The notes: generated by a model not told the origin, from the sequence alone. Shown: positions 28,102-39,860, numbered from the stretch's first letter. The stretch: 40,000 nt of DNA from Mixta intestinalis (GCF_009914055.1 NZ_CP028271.1:3614402-3654401), one strand, 5' to 3'. Made by a program: numbers and translations.

Positions 28102-29018
28102 ACTCCCCCCGCCTGAGTATTATTGTTACTGCTCATAACTGTGAAAAATGGCTGCAAGGAACACTTAACAGCATTGTCGCCTCAGCAGGCGACGCTCTGC
28201 CGCGTTGTGAGATTCTTATTATTAATGATGCTTCAGAAGATAATACACAAAGCATTATTGAAAGCTTTGCCGCGGTCTATCCTCAAATTCGTCATCAACA
28301 AACCCAGCTACGTAATATTGGTAAAGTTCGCAATTATGCTGTCGAACAGGCTCACGGCGACTATATACTTATGGTTGACGGTGATGATAAGTTACTTTCT
28401 GGTGCCATTTGTACACACTTGTCGATATTAGAAGAGACAACGCCTGATATTTTTTTAAGCAGACTGATTGAAGACAGGGGCAGTAAAGCAAGCCGCACCG
28501 TTGTATGGCATAATTGCCTTCCCGAAATGCTGAGCCATGATGAGGCGATCGCTCGATTTTTGGTACATCGAGATATTCAGGCTCATTTTATCGGCCAGTA
28601 CTTTCTTCGCAGCTTATTGCTGGATTATCCTTTTCCTCCTTTTATTTGCTATGAGGATGCCTGGCTTTTTCCTTTACTGTTAACTAAAAGTCGGAAAACT
28701 TTATATTCTAAAGATGGATTTTATCTTTACAATAAACATGCTTCCAGCCTGTCAACAACTGTCCATCCTGACAAAATTTCCTGTTTGCTAACGGCTACCG
28801 GGCATATGGATGAAGTCCTTCCGTCTCATTTTAACTCGCTTATCACTTGCCACTGGATAGATATTGCTAACCGATATAAGGAAATATTAAAGTCGACCGG
28901 TGAGTGGGAAAAAGTAATAAGAAGAATTAATCAGCAAAACTTATTTTCTTTTCTCTTTAGTAATAAAATAAGGTGGAGTTATAAGCGTAAGATGTTAAAA
29001 GTAAGGCGGCTGAAGTAG
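28098..29018 (+). CDS. Family 2 glycosyltransferase (core or outer-core)
   Basis: LSIIVTAHNCEKWL, INDASEDNT, MVDGDD (DxD). Visibly AT-richer than its neighbours. Confidence 0.8.
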   Translation: MNSPRLSIIVTAHNCEKWLQGTLNSIVASAGDALPRCEILIINDASEDNTQSIIESFAAVYPQIRHQQTQLRNIGKVRNYAVEQAHGDYILMVDGDDKLLSGAICTHLSILEETTPDIFLSRLIEDRGSKASRTVVWHNCLPEMLSHDEAIARFLVHRDIQAHFIGQYFLRSLLLDYPFPPFICYEDAWLFPLLLTKSRKTLYSKDGFYLYNKHASSLSTTVHPDKISCLLTATGHMDEVLPSHFNSLITCHWIDIANRYKEILKSTGEWEKVIRRINQQNLFSFLFSNKIRWSYKRKMLKVRRLK

Positions 29019-29037
29019 CCGCCCATTGATACGATAG

Positions 29038-30312
29038 CTATCGCTTCTGCTGTATAGTAATTAGGTCTTTCCATATAACGCTCAGGATAAGCAGAAGCGA
29101 AGTACAAACCGTCAACTCGCGGCTGATAAAAACAACGTCCGTCAGGCCACTTATTATTACTATGGCTATCACAGAAAGTAGCAAAGCGTTTTTTCTACGC
29201 AGCGCGTTAATCAAAATTATCATGTAAAACAAAAGTATCGTCAAAGCACCAAGTATACCTTGCAGGGTCGCGCTATCGATTAATTCATTATGCAAGTGCA
29301 CGGAGACATAGGGCAGCGCGCTGGCATCACGATGATGTTCTTTAACATAGCGCTTAAACCACGTTTCCCTTTGTTCCATATTCATTCCCAGCGGATATGC
29401 TCTGAAACAGGCTATACCTATATTCCACATAGCAAACCGGCTGGTTAACGATCCCATTTTGTTTCCCTGATCCTGACTATAGCGATCAATTTCAGTAATC
29501 GTTTTGTCCAGTCTGGGTTTAATCATCGGCTGGTAGCATGCTGCGCCAAGCAAAAGTATAGCGATAAAGCTTCCCACAGCAGCTCTCCAGCCTAAATACT
29601 TAAACTGGAGCAAGCCAATAAAAAATATAACAACCGGAAACGCTGCCATCATATTACGTGTACCGGTCTGAATAATAATAAACCATGAGATAATAAATAA
29701 AGCCAGGCACCATAAAATCTGGTGTTTTTTACTTTTTTTTGCCGCTACTATAAAAATAGTAATCGCTGATAACATCGCATAGCCATAAGCTGAAACCGTA
29801 GCGCGATCCAGACTAAATTCCACTCGCTGAGAACCACTTAAAAATTGATAGAAGCCATAACCCGTCGCGCTAATAAAAGCAATAAACAATCCCCACTCTA
29901 CAATACGCTGACTGAGTAAAGGAAAATGTGCATACTCTTTAAACAGATAGTAACCTATAACGGCAGCTATCAATAAACGTTTCCCGGCATTAAGATAGTC
30001 ATTAAAAGGATTTAACTCTGGCTGCCCCAAATAGTGCCAGTAGAACCAGATCACTTTACTGGCACCGAGTAAAACCAGCGCTCCTACCAACCAAATATGG
30101 CTGCGGTTAATTTGTCGCCAGCTTACGATAATTCCTGGGATTGAAAAATAAAATGCCCAGTAAAAAGCTACCTTTGCTGATTTTTCATCAATAAAGGTGC
30201 ATATAACGGAAAGCATAACGGTTGACAACGCAAAAAAATATAACAGTTCTCGCCAGTTTAATTTCATTTTTGAAATCTTTATCCAGCCTGTAAAAGGTTG
30301 TCCCTTAATCAT
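29038..30312 (-). CDS. waaL: O-antigen ligase (WaaL-type, Wzy_C domain), polytopic membrane protein
   Basis: About 10-12 hydrophobic segments with a large loop containing a conserved His region (SVHLHNELID). The start is uncertain: ATG 30312, ATG 30267 or GTG 30321. Confidence 0.75.
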   Translation of the reverse strand: MIKGQPFTGWIKISKMKLNWRELLYFFALSTVMLSVICTFIDEKSAKVAFYWAFYFSIPGIIVSWRQINRSHIWLVGALVLLGASKVIWFYWHYLGQPELNPFNDYLNAGKRLLIAAVIGYYLFKEYAHFPLLSQRIVEWGLFIAFISATGYGFYQFLSGSQRVEFSLDRATVSAYGYAMLSAITIFIVAAKKSKKHQILWCLALFIISWFIIIQTGTRNMMAAFPVVIFFIGLLQFKYLGWRAAVGSFIAILLLGAACYQPMIKPRLDKTITEIDRYSQDQGNKMGSLTSRFAMWNIGIACFRAYPLGMNMEQRETWFKRYVKEHHRDASALPYVSVHLHNELIDSATLQGILGALTILLFYMIILINALRRKNALLLSVIAIVIISGLTDVVFISRELTVCTSLLLILSVIWKDLITIQQKR

Positions 30313-31273
30313 TCTTACCACACCTAAAATATTGATAATATTCCGCCAGCGTCATGCCGCGCGTACGCGCCTGTAGCCAACTAAATAGCCCTTCTAAATC
30401 CTCATACAGCCGTTCAATATCCGCTTCGTTTTTAAAGGTTGGGCTGCCATCCGGCATAAATTCTGACGAGTGCAGCATAAACTCCACATAATCATTTCCC
30501 TCCGCCAGACTTGCCTCCACAACCTGTTGCATCGCGACCAGATTGCCGCCTGATGGACGCAGCCAGTTAACCGAAGGGCCACGTGTTTTGCCGCGCAGTC
30601 GATGGTAACCCTGCTTCAGGCGGTTCACCAGGGCGGAGTGCTTATATTGAGTGCTCATCGGTACCTCCAGCAGGGTTGATGCGCCGCTGCGTGAGATATC
30701 GTCCGGATCGAGAAAATAAGCGTGATGGGGAAAATGAGTATAATCCGTACCGCCCTGTCCCTGCGGTACACCCGGTGAATTACGCCAGCTTACGCGCGGC
30801 GTCACCGAACAGTCCACCTGATAGCCAAGCTCACGCAGCACAGCGGCATAACGCTCATCAAACGCCCATCGACCAGCACGATGACTTACCATTTTCGTCT
30901 GGAATTTCTCCTCCAGCAGATCGGTCATAAATTTGACCTTAGCGCGCAGCACGTTATCCGGGTACTCAATAAGATAAGGCTGCCAGCGCCAGTCATCATC
31001 CGTTAACGCTACTTCTGGTGGGCTGTTCCAGGCATGCAGATGCATACCAACCTCTGCCTGACCGCGTGTAATGGCATCACGTGCAAACTCTACGTAGGCG
31101 GGATCGCCAGCCATTTCATAGTTAGTCAGCCACGTTGGCTTAAAACCATATTTTTCACAGAGCGCCTGAAAACGCGGTAAAAAAAGCGTATTCCGCGTTG
31201 TAATGGTTCGATGATTGCGCCAGAGATTGTCGCCTTCGGTATCAATTGTGATGAGAAAAGCTGGTTTATTCAT
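30305..31273 (-). CDS. Polysaccharide deacetylase-like protein (WalW/WabN-like)
   Basis: FLITIDTEGDNLW N-terminal motif and HLHAWN His cluster, sitting inside the core cluster next to waaL. The family assignment is from memory. Confidence 0.65.
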   Translation of the reverse strand: MNKPAFLITIDTEGDNLWRNHRTITTRNTLFLPRFQALCEKYGFKPTWLTNYEMAGDPAYVEFARDAITRGQAEVGMHLHAWNSPPEVALTDDDWRWQPYLIEYPDNVLRAKVKFMTDLLEEKFQTKMVSHRAGRWAFDERYAAVLRELGYQVDCSVTPRVSWRNSPGVPQGQGGTDYTHFPHHAYFLDPDDISRSGASTLLEVPMSTQYKHSALVNRLKQGYHRLRGKTRGPSVNWLRPSGGNLVAMQQVVEASLAEGNDYVEFMLHSSEFMPDGSPTFKNEADIERLYEDLEGLFSWLQARTRGMTLAEYYQYFRCGKND

Positions 31274-31612
31274 CTTGCGTCTAACGCTCCACAGGTTAAG
31301 CCGCCATGTTACGCAGCCCGTTTCTTAAGGGCAAAATTATTTCATCCTCAGGATTTTATCCTGTGCAGTTAACAACTAATTAAATGTGTATTAATTAAGC
31401 CTTTATGAACGCATCTCTGGGTTTGTTTAGCGGATACGATGGAGTAATCTTCACCGACAATGTAGCGCTATGCCAGTAAGCTTACAGGAACATATTCCCA
31501 CTTACATTTGCTTATCGACGTTAAAAAACGAATAACTTAACTAACGACAAGATTGCTTTTACACTTTTATCAGTGCGTAGTTGTTGTTGTTACACACAGA
31601 AGGATTGGAAAA

Positions 31613-32725
31613 TTGTCCAGGCGTATTTTGATGATCATTGATGGCTTACCTGGCGGGGGCGCAGAAAAAGTCGTGCTTACGCTGGCTAAGGGCCTCCTGT
31701 CGCTAGGACATCACGTTTCGCTGTTTTCGTTGCGCAGCGTATGTGATTATCCCCTACCGACAGGGCTGGATTATCAAGTGATTCAGGATAGTTGCGATAA
31801 GCCATGGCGTAAGCTTACCGAATTGCACCGGCGAGCTCATTTGTTAGACCGGGCGATTATCGATGCTGAGCAACGTAACGGCGCTTTTGATCTGGTGATC
31901 TCTCATCTGCATAAAACAGATCGTATTGTCAGCCGCTGTCGCCATCTCGACGCAGCCAAAACCTGGTACTGCCTGCACGGCGTTTTTTCTGCCTCTTATC
32001 TGGCTCGACGCAAAGGTTTTTCCCGCTGGCTTAAAATTTACAAAACTCGTCGCGTCTACCAGCATCGCAACATTATTGGCGTATCGCCATTCGTTATTGA
32101 CGATCTAAAGCAGCATTACGGCATCCAGCCCGCACGGGAAGCGGTAATATTTAATCCGTTCGATGTCCAGCTGATTGTTCAACAGTCCAGAGAACCGTGC
32201 GAACTCTCCGGTCAGGATTATCTGCTGCACGTTGGGCGTTTTCATCCAACCAAACGTCACGATCGATTATTAGAAGCTTACGCTCAGAGTGGATTACAGG
32301 CACCGCTGGTATTGATTGGTCAGGGCAATCCAGCGCGTATCGCGACACTAAAACAGCTGGCCGAGCGATTAAATATTGCCGAACGTGTCATTTTCAAAGG
32401 TTTCACCCATAATCCCTATGCATGGATAAAACATGCACGTATGCTGATTGTCAGTTCAGATAGCGAAGGGTTTGGCAATGTATTGGTTGAGGCACTCCTT
32501 TGCCAGACGCCGGTGGTCAGTACCCGTTGTCCAGGCGGCCCGGAAACTATTTTGCAAGGCGAGCTGGCGCGAGGCCTGGCAGAAATGACCAGTGAATCGC
32601 TGGCGGAAAGAATGCGAGATATCTATCATCGACCGCCTGAACTTCAGCAGCTTGATCTTTCAGCCTATTCTCTTGAGGTCATTTGTCAGCGTTACCTCAC
32701 ACTGATTGAGCATGAAAAACACTAA
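31613..32725 (+). CDS. Family 4 glycosyltransferase
   Basis: ILMIIDGLPGGGAEKV and the SSDSEGFGNVLVEAL E-x7-E region. The TTG at 31613 has GAAGGA 8 nt upstream. An alternative ATG lies at 31631. The ORF maximum is 31553. Confidence 0.8.
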   Translation: MSRRILMIIDGLPGGGAEKVVLTLAKGLLSLGHHVSLFSLRSVCDYPLPTGLDYQVIQDSCDKPWRKLTELHRRAHLLDRAIIDAEQRNGAFDLVISHLHKTDRIVSRCRHLDAAKTWYCLHGVFSASYLARRKGFSRWLKIYKTRRVYQHRNIIGVSPFVIDDLKQHYGIQPAREAVIFNPFDVQLIVQQSREPCELSGQDYLLHVGRFHPTKRHDRLLEAYAQSGLQAPLVLIGQGNPARIATLKQLAERLNIAERVIFKGFTHNPYAWIKHARMLIVSSDSEGFGNVLVEALLCQTPVVSTRCPGGPETILQGELARGLAEMTSESLAERMRDIYHRPPELQQLDLSAYSLEVICQRYLTLIEHEKH

Positions 32726-32792
32726 TGGAATATATTTTTTAACAGGGGATTGTTATGTTTTGCCTCGTTGCCAGTACCGCTGAGGAAACGGT

Positions 32793-33893
32793 GTGAATTA
32801 TATTTTTATTTTTATTTTACTACTGCCGATCAAATGGATAAGAAAGCTTTTCCATAAAAAAACCGGGCGTAATCTGGTCATTCAGACCGCCAAGATTGGT
32901 GACTTCATTAATATTACACCGCTATTGGCCTACCTGCAGCGCAGCGATGCACTGCTTAGCCGTACCGTCGCTCCCCTCGCACAAAACGACGATACGCTGC
33001 AAAAAATTTGGTATATCGAAGATTACAAAAGCAGCCTGTTCGCTAAGATTCGTCTGGCGCTGCTGCTGATGAATCGTTATGACAATGTTTATCTGTTGCA
33101 TCCCAACAATATCAACCTTTTTTATGCTGCCTGTTGTAATGCCAGAAATAAGCGTTTCCTGTCGAGTTACCGTCGCAAATGGTATCAGGCAGTGTTCTAC
33201 TGGACGGCCAGCGGCACCGTAAAACATGAAAAAAATACGCTTACGCTAGAAAACTACCTGAAGCTGGGTAATCCACAGCTTACTAAGGATAGCTATCCAA
33301 AACATGCCACCCGTCCGCTCCGTCCGCTTGCTACTATCCCCACGGCGTTGCAGCGTCAGGACGGTATTAAAATTGGCCTGAGCATCTCCGCAGGTAATCA
33401 GGCAAAAACCATTCCCCCTGTTATCTGGAAACATTTTTTTGATCGGCTGGCCGACCTGCCCTGTCTGTTTTATGTATTCGGCTCGCCTTCTGAAACCGAG
33501 CGGCTACAGGCGCTTTATCAGGAGGTGGGAGAGCGTGATAATATTATTAGCCTGATCGGTGATATTCCGCTGGAGGGGCTGCCGCATGCCATCAGCATGA
33601 TGGACTTTTACGTTGCCTCAGATTCGGGTAATGTTTACATCGCTGATGCCGTTGGTGTGCCGGTGATTTTGATCTACGGTCCCTGCTGCGTAGAAGAACA
33701 GCGTCCTTTAGGCGATGTCCTGTTGATTGGCCCCGATAATATCGCACCTTCCTCGTTTGTTTTCGCCGCGCAGTACCGCTTTCCTTACCCGGCAGAACAG
33801 CTTTACGCGCTTGATCGGCACAGGCTCGACGATATCCATGACTTTATTGCCACACGCCAGCCGCACCGGCTGCGCCAAACCAAATTCCATTAA
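32793..33893 (+). CDS. Divergent family 9 (heptosyltransferase-like) glycosyltransferase
   Basis: VIQTAKIGDFINITPLL and the C-terminal SDSGNVYIADAVGVPVILIYGP resemble the GT9 signature. GTG start. Hydrophobic N-terminus. Confidence 0.65.
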   Translation: MNYIFIFILLLPIKWIRKLFHKKTGRNLVIQTAKIGDFINITPLLAYLQRSDALLSRTVAPLAQNDDTLQKIWYIEDYKSSLFAKIRLALLLMNRYDNVYLLHPNNINLFYAACCNARNKRFLSSYRRKWYQAVFYWTASGTVKHEKNTLTLENYLKLGNPQLTKDSYPKHATRPLRPLATIPTALQRQDGIKIGLSISAGNQAKTIPPVIWKHFFDRLADLPCLFYVFGSPSETERLQALYQEVGERDNIISLIGDIPLEGLPHAISMMDFYVASDSGNVYIADAVGVPVILIYGPCCVEEQRPLGDVLLIGPDNIAPSSFVFAAQYRFPYPAEQLYALDRHRLDDIHDFIATRQPHRLRQTKFH

Positions 33894-33895
33894 AC

Positions 33896-34897
33896 ATGAC
33901 TCAACATTCTGACACCGCTTCTCCTTTACTGAGCGTTATCGTCCCAATGTATAACGCTGGCGATCTGTTCGACAATTTCATGGCGTCACTGCTGGCGCAA
34001 ACCTTTACCCGCCTCGAAGTTATCATCGTTAATGATGGCTCAACAGACGGCAGCGGCGAACGGGCAGCGGCGTATGCTGCACGCTATGAGCATATCAGCG
34101 TAATCGATCAACAGAATGGCGGCGTTTCTCTGGCGCGTAACGCTGGTCTGGCTGTCGCGCGGGGTAAATATGTGACGTTCCCGGATGCTGACGATACGCT
34201 ATCGCCGACGCTCTATCAGACGCTGGTAGAGATGGCCGAGCAGGATGAGCTGGACGCCGCCCAGTGCAACGCAGAGTGTTTTTATACCGGCAGCCAGCGC
34301 GTCAGAACGCTGATTCCCCACGATCGGCTTACCTCAACCGGCGTGCTGGATGGCGCGGCATGGTTAAGCAAGGCGCTGGCAACCCATCGCTATTTACACG
34401 TGGTCTGGATGGGCATCTATCGTTTATCGTTGATCAAATCCTGTAATCTGCTGTTTGAGCCGGGACTGCATCATCAGGATATTCCCTGGACAACAGAATT
34501 TATGCTTAATGCGCGCCGGGTACGTTATACCGACATTGCTTTATATCGCTATCACGTACATGACCAGTCAATCAGTAACCGCAAACGCACCGGTCAGCGC
34601 AACGTAGAGTACCAGCGCCATTATCTGAAAATTGCACGCATGCTGGAGGAGATAAACCAACGCTATCGTGGGAAGGTAAAAATCTATCCAGAGTTTCACT
34701 ATCAGATTACCCATGAAGCTCTGAGCGTTTGCCACTCAGCGCGTCGTGAGCCGGAGGCCGCTGCGCGTCAGGCTATTATTGCTGATATCTTTGCCACCCA
34801 AACTCACCGCCGAATGTTACGCAATGCGCGTGGTCTGAAGCAGTGGTATCAGCTACTGCTCTGGCTCTGCCGACTTTATCGCTGGCGCCAACGTTAA
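33896..34897 (+). CDS. Family 2 glycosyltransferase
   Basis: LSVIVPMYNAG, VNDGSTDGS, FPDADD (DxD). Confidence 0.85.
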   Translation: MTQHSDTASPLLSVIVPMYNAGDLFDNFMASLLAQTFTRLEVIIVNDGSTDGSGERAAAYAARYEHISVIDQQNGGVSLARNAGLAVARGKYVTFPDADDTLSPTLYQTLVEMAEQDELDAAQCNAECFYTGSQRVRTLIPHDRLTSTGVLDGAAWLSKALATHRYLHVVWMGIYRLSLIKSCNLLFEPGLHHQDIPWTTEFMLNARRVRYTDIALYRYHVHDQSISNRKRTGQRNVEYQRHYLKIARMLEEINQRYRGKVKIYPEFHYQITHEALSVCHSARREPEAAARQAIIADIFATQTHRRMLRNARGLKQWYQLLLWLCRLYRWRQR

Positions 34898-34992
34898 ACG
34901 GGCAAGACCTGGGGAAAGAAGCATGTGCGGTGCTTTTCCCCCCGCCAGCTTTCCCCTAGAATCGGCTCACTTGATCCTGAGACAGGTTTTGT

Positions 34993-36066
34993 ATGGCAAC
35001 TATCCCTGCATCCTTTACACCGCGTAATATTCTGGTGATTAAACTACGTCATCATGGCGATATGCTGCTAACGACGCCGGTCATTAATGCGCTGCATCAG
35101 CGTTATCCCGACGCCTCGATTGATGTACTGCTCTATCAGGAAACACGTCCGATGTTACAGGCGCATCCCGCCATACGCCATCTGCATCTGATTGACCGTA
35201 AATGGAAAAAACTGGGTGTCTGGCAACAGCTGAAACATGAACTGGCGCTGGTCAATGCCGTCCGAAACAGCCGCTACGATCTGGTTATCAACCTGGCCGA
35301 TCAGTGGCGTAGCGCGTTGATTACGTTAATTTCTGGCGCGCCGGAACGTATTGGTTTCGCCTACAGCAAGCGCGATACCTGTTTCTGGCGCGTCTGCCAC
35401 AATTGGCTGGTGCCCACGGCAAGCTTTAATCAGCTGCATACCGTCGAACAAAATCTACTGGCGCTTTCCCCACTTGATATCCCGGTAAAGCATATTCCCG
35501 TCTCCATGCATTATGACAAAGAAGACTGGCTGGCAGCCGAGCAGCTACTGCTCCAGCAGGGCGTTGATGGCCCCTATGTGGTGATTCAGCCGACGTCACG
35601 CTGGGTATTCAAATGTTGGGACGATGAGAAAGTGGCAGCACTGATCGACCGACTAAATCAGCCAGGCCTGAATATTGTCTTAACGGCCGCGCCAGATGCG
35701 AAAGAAATGGCGATGATCGAGCATATCCTCTCGCTCTGCCATAACCCACATATCACCACCATTGCCGGTCAGCTTAGCCTGACACAGCTGGCAGCATTGA
35801 TCGATCATGCGCGACTGTTTATCGGCGTCGATTCCGCACCGATGCATATGGCGGCCGCGCTACAGACCCCTTGCGTAGCGCTGTTTGGCCCGACCAAGCT
35901 TCAGCACTGGCGTCCCTGGGGCGAAAACAATCGGGTCATCTGGGCTGGTGATTACGGCCCGCTGCCCTCGCCAGACTCCATCAATACGCAAACCGAGCAA
36001 CGCTATCTGAGCGCAATTCCGGTTGATGATGTAGTTGCAGCCGCAAGGAGTTTTCTGGATGCGTAA
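34993..36066 (+). CDS. waaQ: LPS heptosyltransferase III
   Basis: GT9: ILVIKLRHHGDMLLTTPVI, GVDSAPMHMAAAL. Its position precedes the WaaG-like gene. Confidence 0.8.
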   Translation: MATIPASFTPRNILVIKLRHHGDMLLTTPVINALHQRYPDASIDVLLYQETRPMLQAHPAIRHLHLIDRKWKKLGVWQQLKHELALVNAVRNSRYDLVINLADQWRSALITLISGAPERIGFAYSKRDTCFWRVCHNWLVPTASFNQLHTVEQNLLALSPLDIPVKHIPVSMHYDKEDWLAAEQLLLQQGVDGPYVVIQPTSRWVFKCWDDEKVAALIDRLNQPGLNIVLTAAPDAKEMAMIEHILSLCHNPHITTIAGQLSLTQLAALIDHARLFIGVDSAPMHMAAALQTPCVALFGPTKLQHWRPWGENNRVIWAGDYGPLPSPDSINTQTEQRYLSAIPVDDVVAAARSFLDA

Positions 36067-37205
36067 CATTCGTCTGGCAATCGTCCGCCAAAAATATCGC
36101 CCTGATGGCGGTGCCGAGCGTTTTATTTCACGCGCGCTGGAAGCCCTGAACCATGAACAGCTCGATCTGAACATCATCACGCGCAGCTGGCAAGGCACGC
36201 CAAATCCAGACTGGCACCTGCATATTTGCAACCCGCCTAAATGGGGACGCGATATCACGCGAGCGCGGTTTTGCCGCCGCAGCCCGTGCCTGCTGGCTGC
36301 GTGAACACTTTGATATCGTACAGAGCCACGAACGGATCGCTGGCTGCGATATTTTTCGCGCCGGAGACGGCGTGCATCGTGTTTGGCTGGAGCAGCGGGC
36401 TCGCATCGTCTCACCGCTGCAACGCCTGAGCGCCACACTCAGCCCCTATCATCGCTATGTATTGCGTGCAGAAGAGGAGATGTTTCACTCTTCGGCGTTG
36501 AAAAAGGTAATCTGCAACTCGGAGATGGTGAAGCAGGACATCATCCGCTGCTTTAACCTGCCTGACGATCGCATCACAGTAATCTATAACGCTATCGATG
36601 CAGAACGTTTTCAGCCTGCGACTGAGGCTACCCGTCACGCAACACGCCAGCAGCTTTCTATCCCTCAGCAGGCCGTCGCGCTGATCTACGTTGGCTCAGG
36701 CTTCGAACGTAAGGGATTAAAAGCGGCGATCGAGGCAATAGCCAATAGCGATCGCTATCTGATCGTTGTCGGACAAGATAAGCACCAGTCACGCTATCAG
36801 CAGCTGGCTAATCAGCTTAACTGCCTGGATAGGCTACGTTTTGTTGGTGTCCAACAGGACGTGCAGCCTTTTTACCATGCGGCTGATGGTCTGATTCTGC
36901 CCACGCTTTATGACCCTTTTCCGAATGTCATTCTGGAGGCGATGGCCTGTGGCCTGCCGGTTATTACCAGTACCGGCTGCGGCGGTGCGGAATTTATCGT
37001 ACAGGGCGAGCAGGGTTTTGTCTGTGATGCATTAGATATCAATGCATTGCACCAGGCAGCAATGGCGATTCCCGCTAAAGTAGAGAATTCAACGATGGGA
37101 GACGCGGCACGCGCCAGAATTTTGCCTTATACACCACAGCGGCTGGGCGCTGAGTTAAATTCGCTTTATCAGCAGCTACTGGCGACCACGGCGGAAGATA
37201 GATGA
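36059..37205 (+). pseudogene. WaaG/WabG-like family 4 core glycosyltransferase, frame-disrupted near 36250-36258
   Basis: The N-terminal part, MRNIRLAIVRQKYRPDGGAERF...KWGRD, runs in one frame and stops at 36302-36304. The continuation ISRERGFAAAARACWLREHFDIVQSHERIAGCDIFRAGDGVHRVWLEQR...LYDPFPNVILEAMACGLPVITS is in the +1 frame through 37205. Confidence 0.8.
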
Positions 37206-37284
37206 GCGCAGGCGCGTTATCTGCTAACATGCACATTCCGCATATTTTGCCCAGGTTTGACGCATAAGTGTCGTAAAGATCGGT

Positions 37285-38559
37285 ATGACGACGATTTACA
37301 CCACCCTGCTTTACCTTATACAGCCTCTGATTTGGCTGCGCCTTTGGCTGCGCGGTCGTAAAGCGCCTGCCTATCGTAAACGCTGGGCGGAACGCTACGG
37401 TTTCTGCGCAGGCAAAGTCAGTCCTGGCGGCATCTTGCTGCATTCGGTTTCCGTAGGGGAGACGCTGGCGGCGGTGCCGCTGGTGCGAGCGCTACGTCAT
37501 CGATACCCGACGTTGCCGATTACCGTTACTACGATGACGCCAACCGGATCGGAACGCGCGCAGTCAGCTTTCGGTAAAGATGTCCATCATGTCTATCTGC
37601 CCTATGACCTGCCTGGTGCCGTTCATCGTTTTCTTAATACCGTCGATCCCCGGCTGGTAATTATTATGGAAACCGAGCTGTGGCCGAATCTGATTAAGGC
37701 TCTGCACGATCGCCAAATACCGCTGGTTATTGCTAATGCGCGTCTGTCGGCACGCTCGGCTGCAGGTTATAAAAAGCTGGGTAAATTTATGCGTCGCCTG
37801 CTGCAACGCATTACGCTGATTGCTGCGCAGAATGAAGAAGATGGTGCGCGTTTTATTGAACTGGGTCTGAAACGTTCTCAACTGGCTATCACCGGCAGCC
37901 TGAAATTTGATATTTCCGTGACGCCAGAGCTGGCGGCGCGTGCAGTAACGCTACGTCGTCAATGGGCGCCTCGTCGTCCGGTCTGGATCGCCACCAGCAC
38001 CCATGAAGGGGAAGAAAGCATGATGCTGGAGGCGCATCGTCGTCTGCTATCGCACTTTCCCGATCTGTTGCTGATTCTGGTACCGCGCCATCCGGAACGC
38101 TTCGAAAGCGCGCGCGAAATGACGCAAAAAAGCGGCTTCAGCTATACCTTACGCAGCAGCGGTGAAATTCCCTCCAGCGGTACTCAGGTTGTGATTGGCG
38201 ATACCATGGGCGAACTGATGCTGCTGTATGGCATTGCCGATCTCGCTTTTGTCGGCGGTAGCCTGGTAGAGCGTGGCGGCCATAATCCGCTGGAGCCAGC
38301 CGCCCATGCGATTCCCGTGCTGATGGGGCCTCACACCTTCAATTTTAAAGATATTTGCAGCAAGCTGAAGCAGGCAGATGGCTTGATCACCGTAACGGAT
38401 ACCGCCTCGCTGGTACATGAAATTGGCAACCTGCTGGTTGATGATGACTATCGGCGCTATCACGGACGCCATGCGGTTGAGGTACTGCATCAAAACCAGG
38501 GCGCATTACAGCGTCTGCTTCAGTTGCTCGAACCTTATCTGCCGCCACGGAACCATTAA
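37285..38559 (+). CDS. waaA: Kdo transferase WaaA (KdtA)
   Basis: Near-collinear with E. coli WaaA (LLYLIQPLIWLRLWLRGRKAPAYRKRW...HSVSVGETLAA...). Confidence 0.95.
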   Translation: MTTIYTTLLYLIQPLIWLRLWLRGRKAPAYRKRWAERYGFCAGKVSPGGILLHSVSVGETLAAVPLVRALRHRYPTLPITVTTMTPTGSERAQSAFGKDVHHVYLPYDLPGAVHRFLNTVDPRLVIIMETELWPNLIKALHDRQIPLVIANARLSARSAAGYKKLGKFMRRLLQRITLIAAQNEEDGARFIELGLKRSQLAITGSLKFDISVTPELAARAVTLRRQWAPRRPVWIATSTHEGEESMMLEAHRRLLSHFPDLLLILVPRHPERFESAREMTQKSGFSYTLRSSGEIPSSGTQVVIGDTMGELMLLYGIADLAFVGGSLVERGGHNPLEPAAHAIPVLMGPHTFNFKDICSKLKQADGLITVTDTASLVHEIGNLLVDDDYRRYHGRHAVEVLHQNQGALQRLLQLLEPYLPPRNH

Positions 38560-39815
<1,256 letters not shown>

Positions 39816-39827
39816 TTAGCATTCTGT

Positions 39828-39860
39828 CGGCGCGCCGAAACCGCGCCGTTATTCCCTTTT
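39828..39860 (+). terminator. Possible coaD terminator
   Basis: CGGCGCG / CGCGCCG stem with a 7-nt loop, followed by TTATTCCCTTTT. Confidence 0.4.

Noticed and set aside
34911-34942. Imperfect hairpin GGGGAAAGAAGCA...TGCTTTTCCCC after the GT2 gene
   Set aside because: The stem has a 2-nt bulge and no following U-tract, so there is too little support to call a terminator or regulatory RNA.
35860-36438. 192-aa minus-strand ORF across the waaQ / GT4 junction
   Set aside because: It is an antisense shadow ORF, Arg-rich, with no motifs. The plus-strand genes explain the region.
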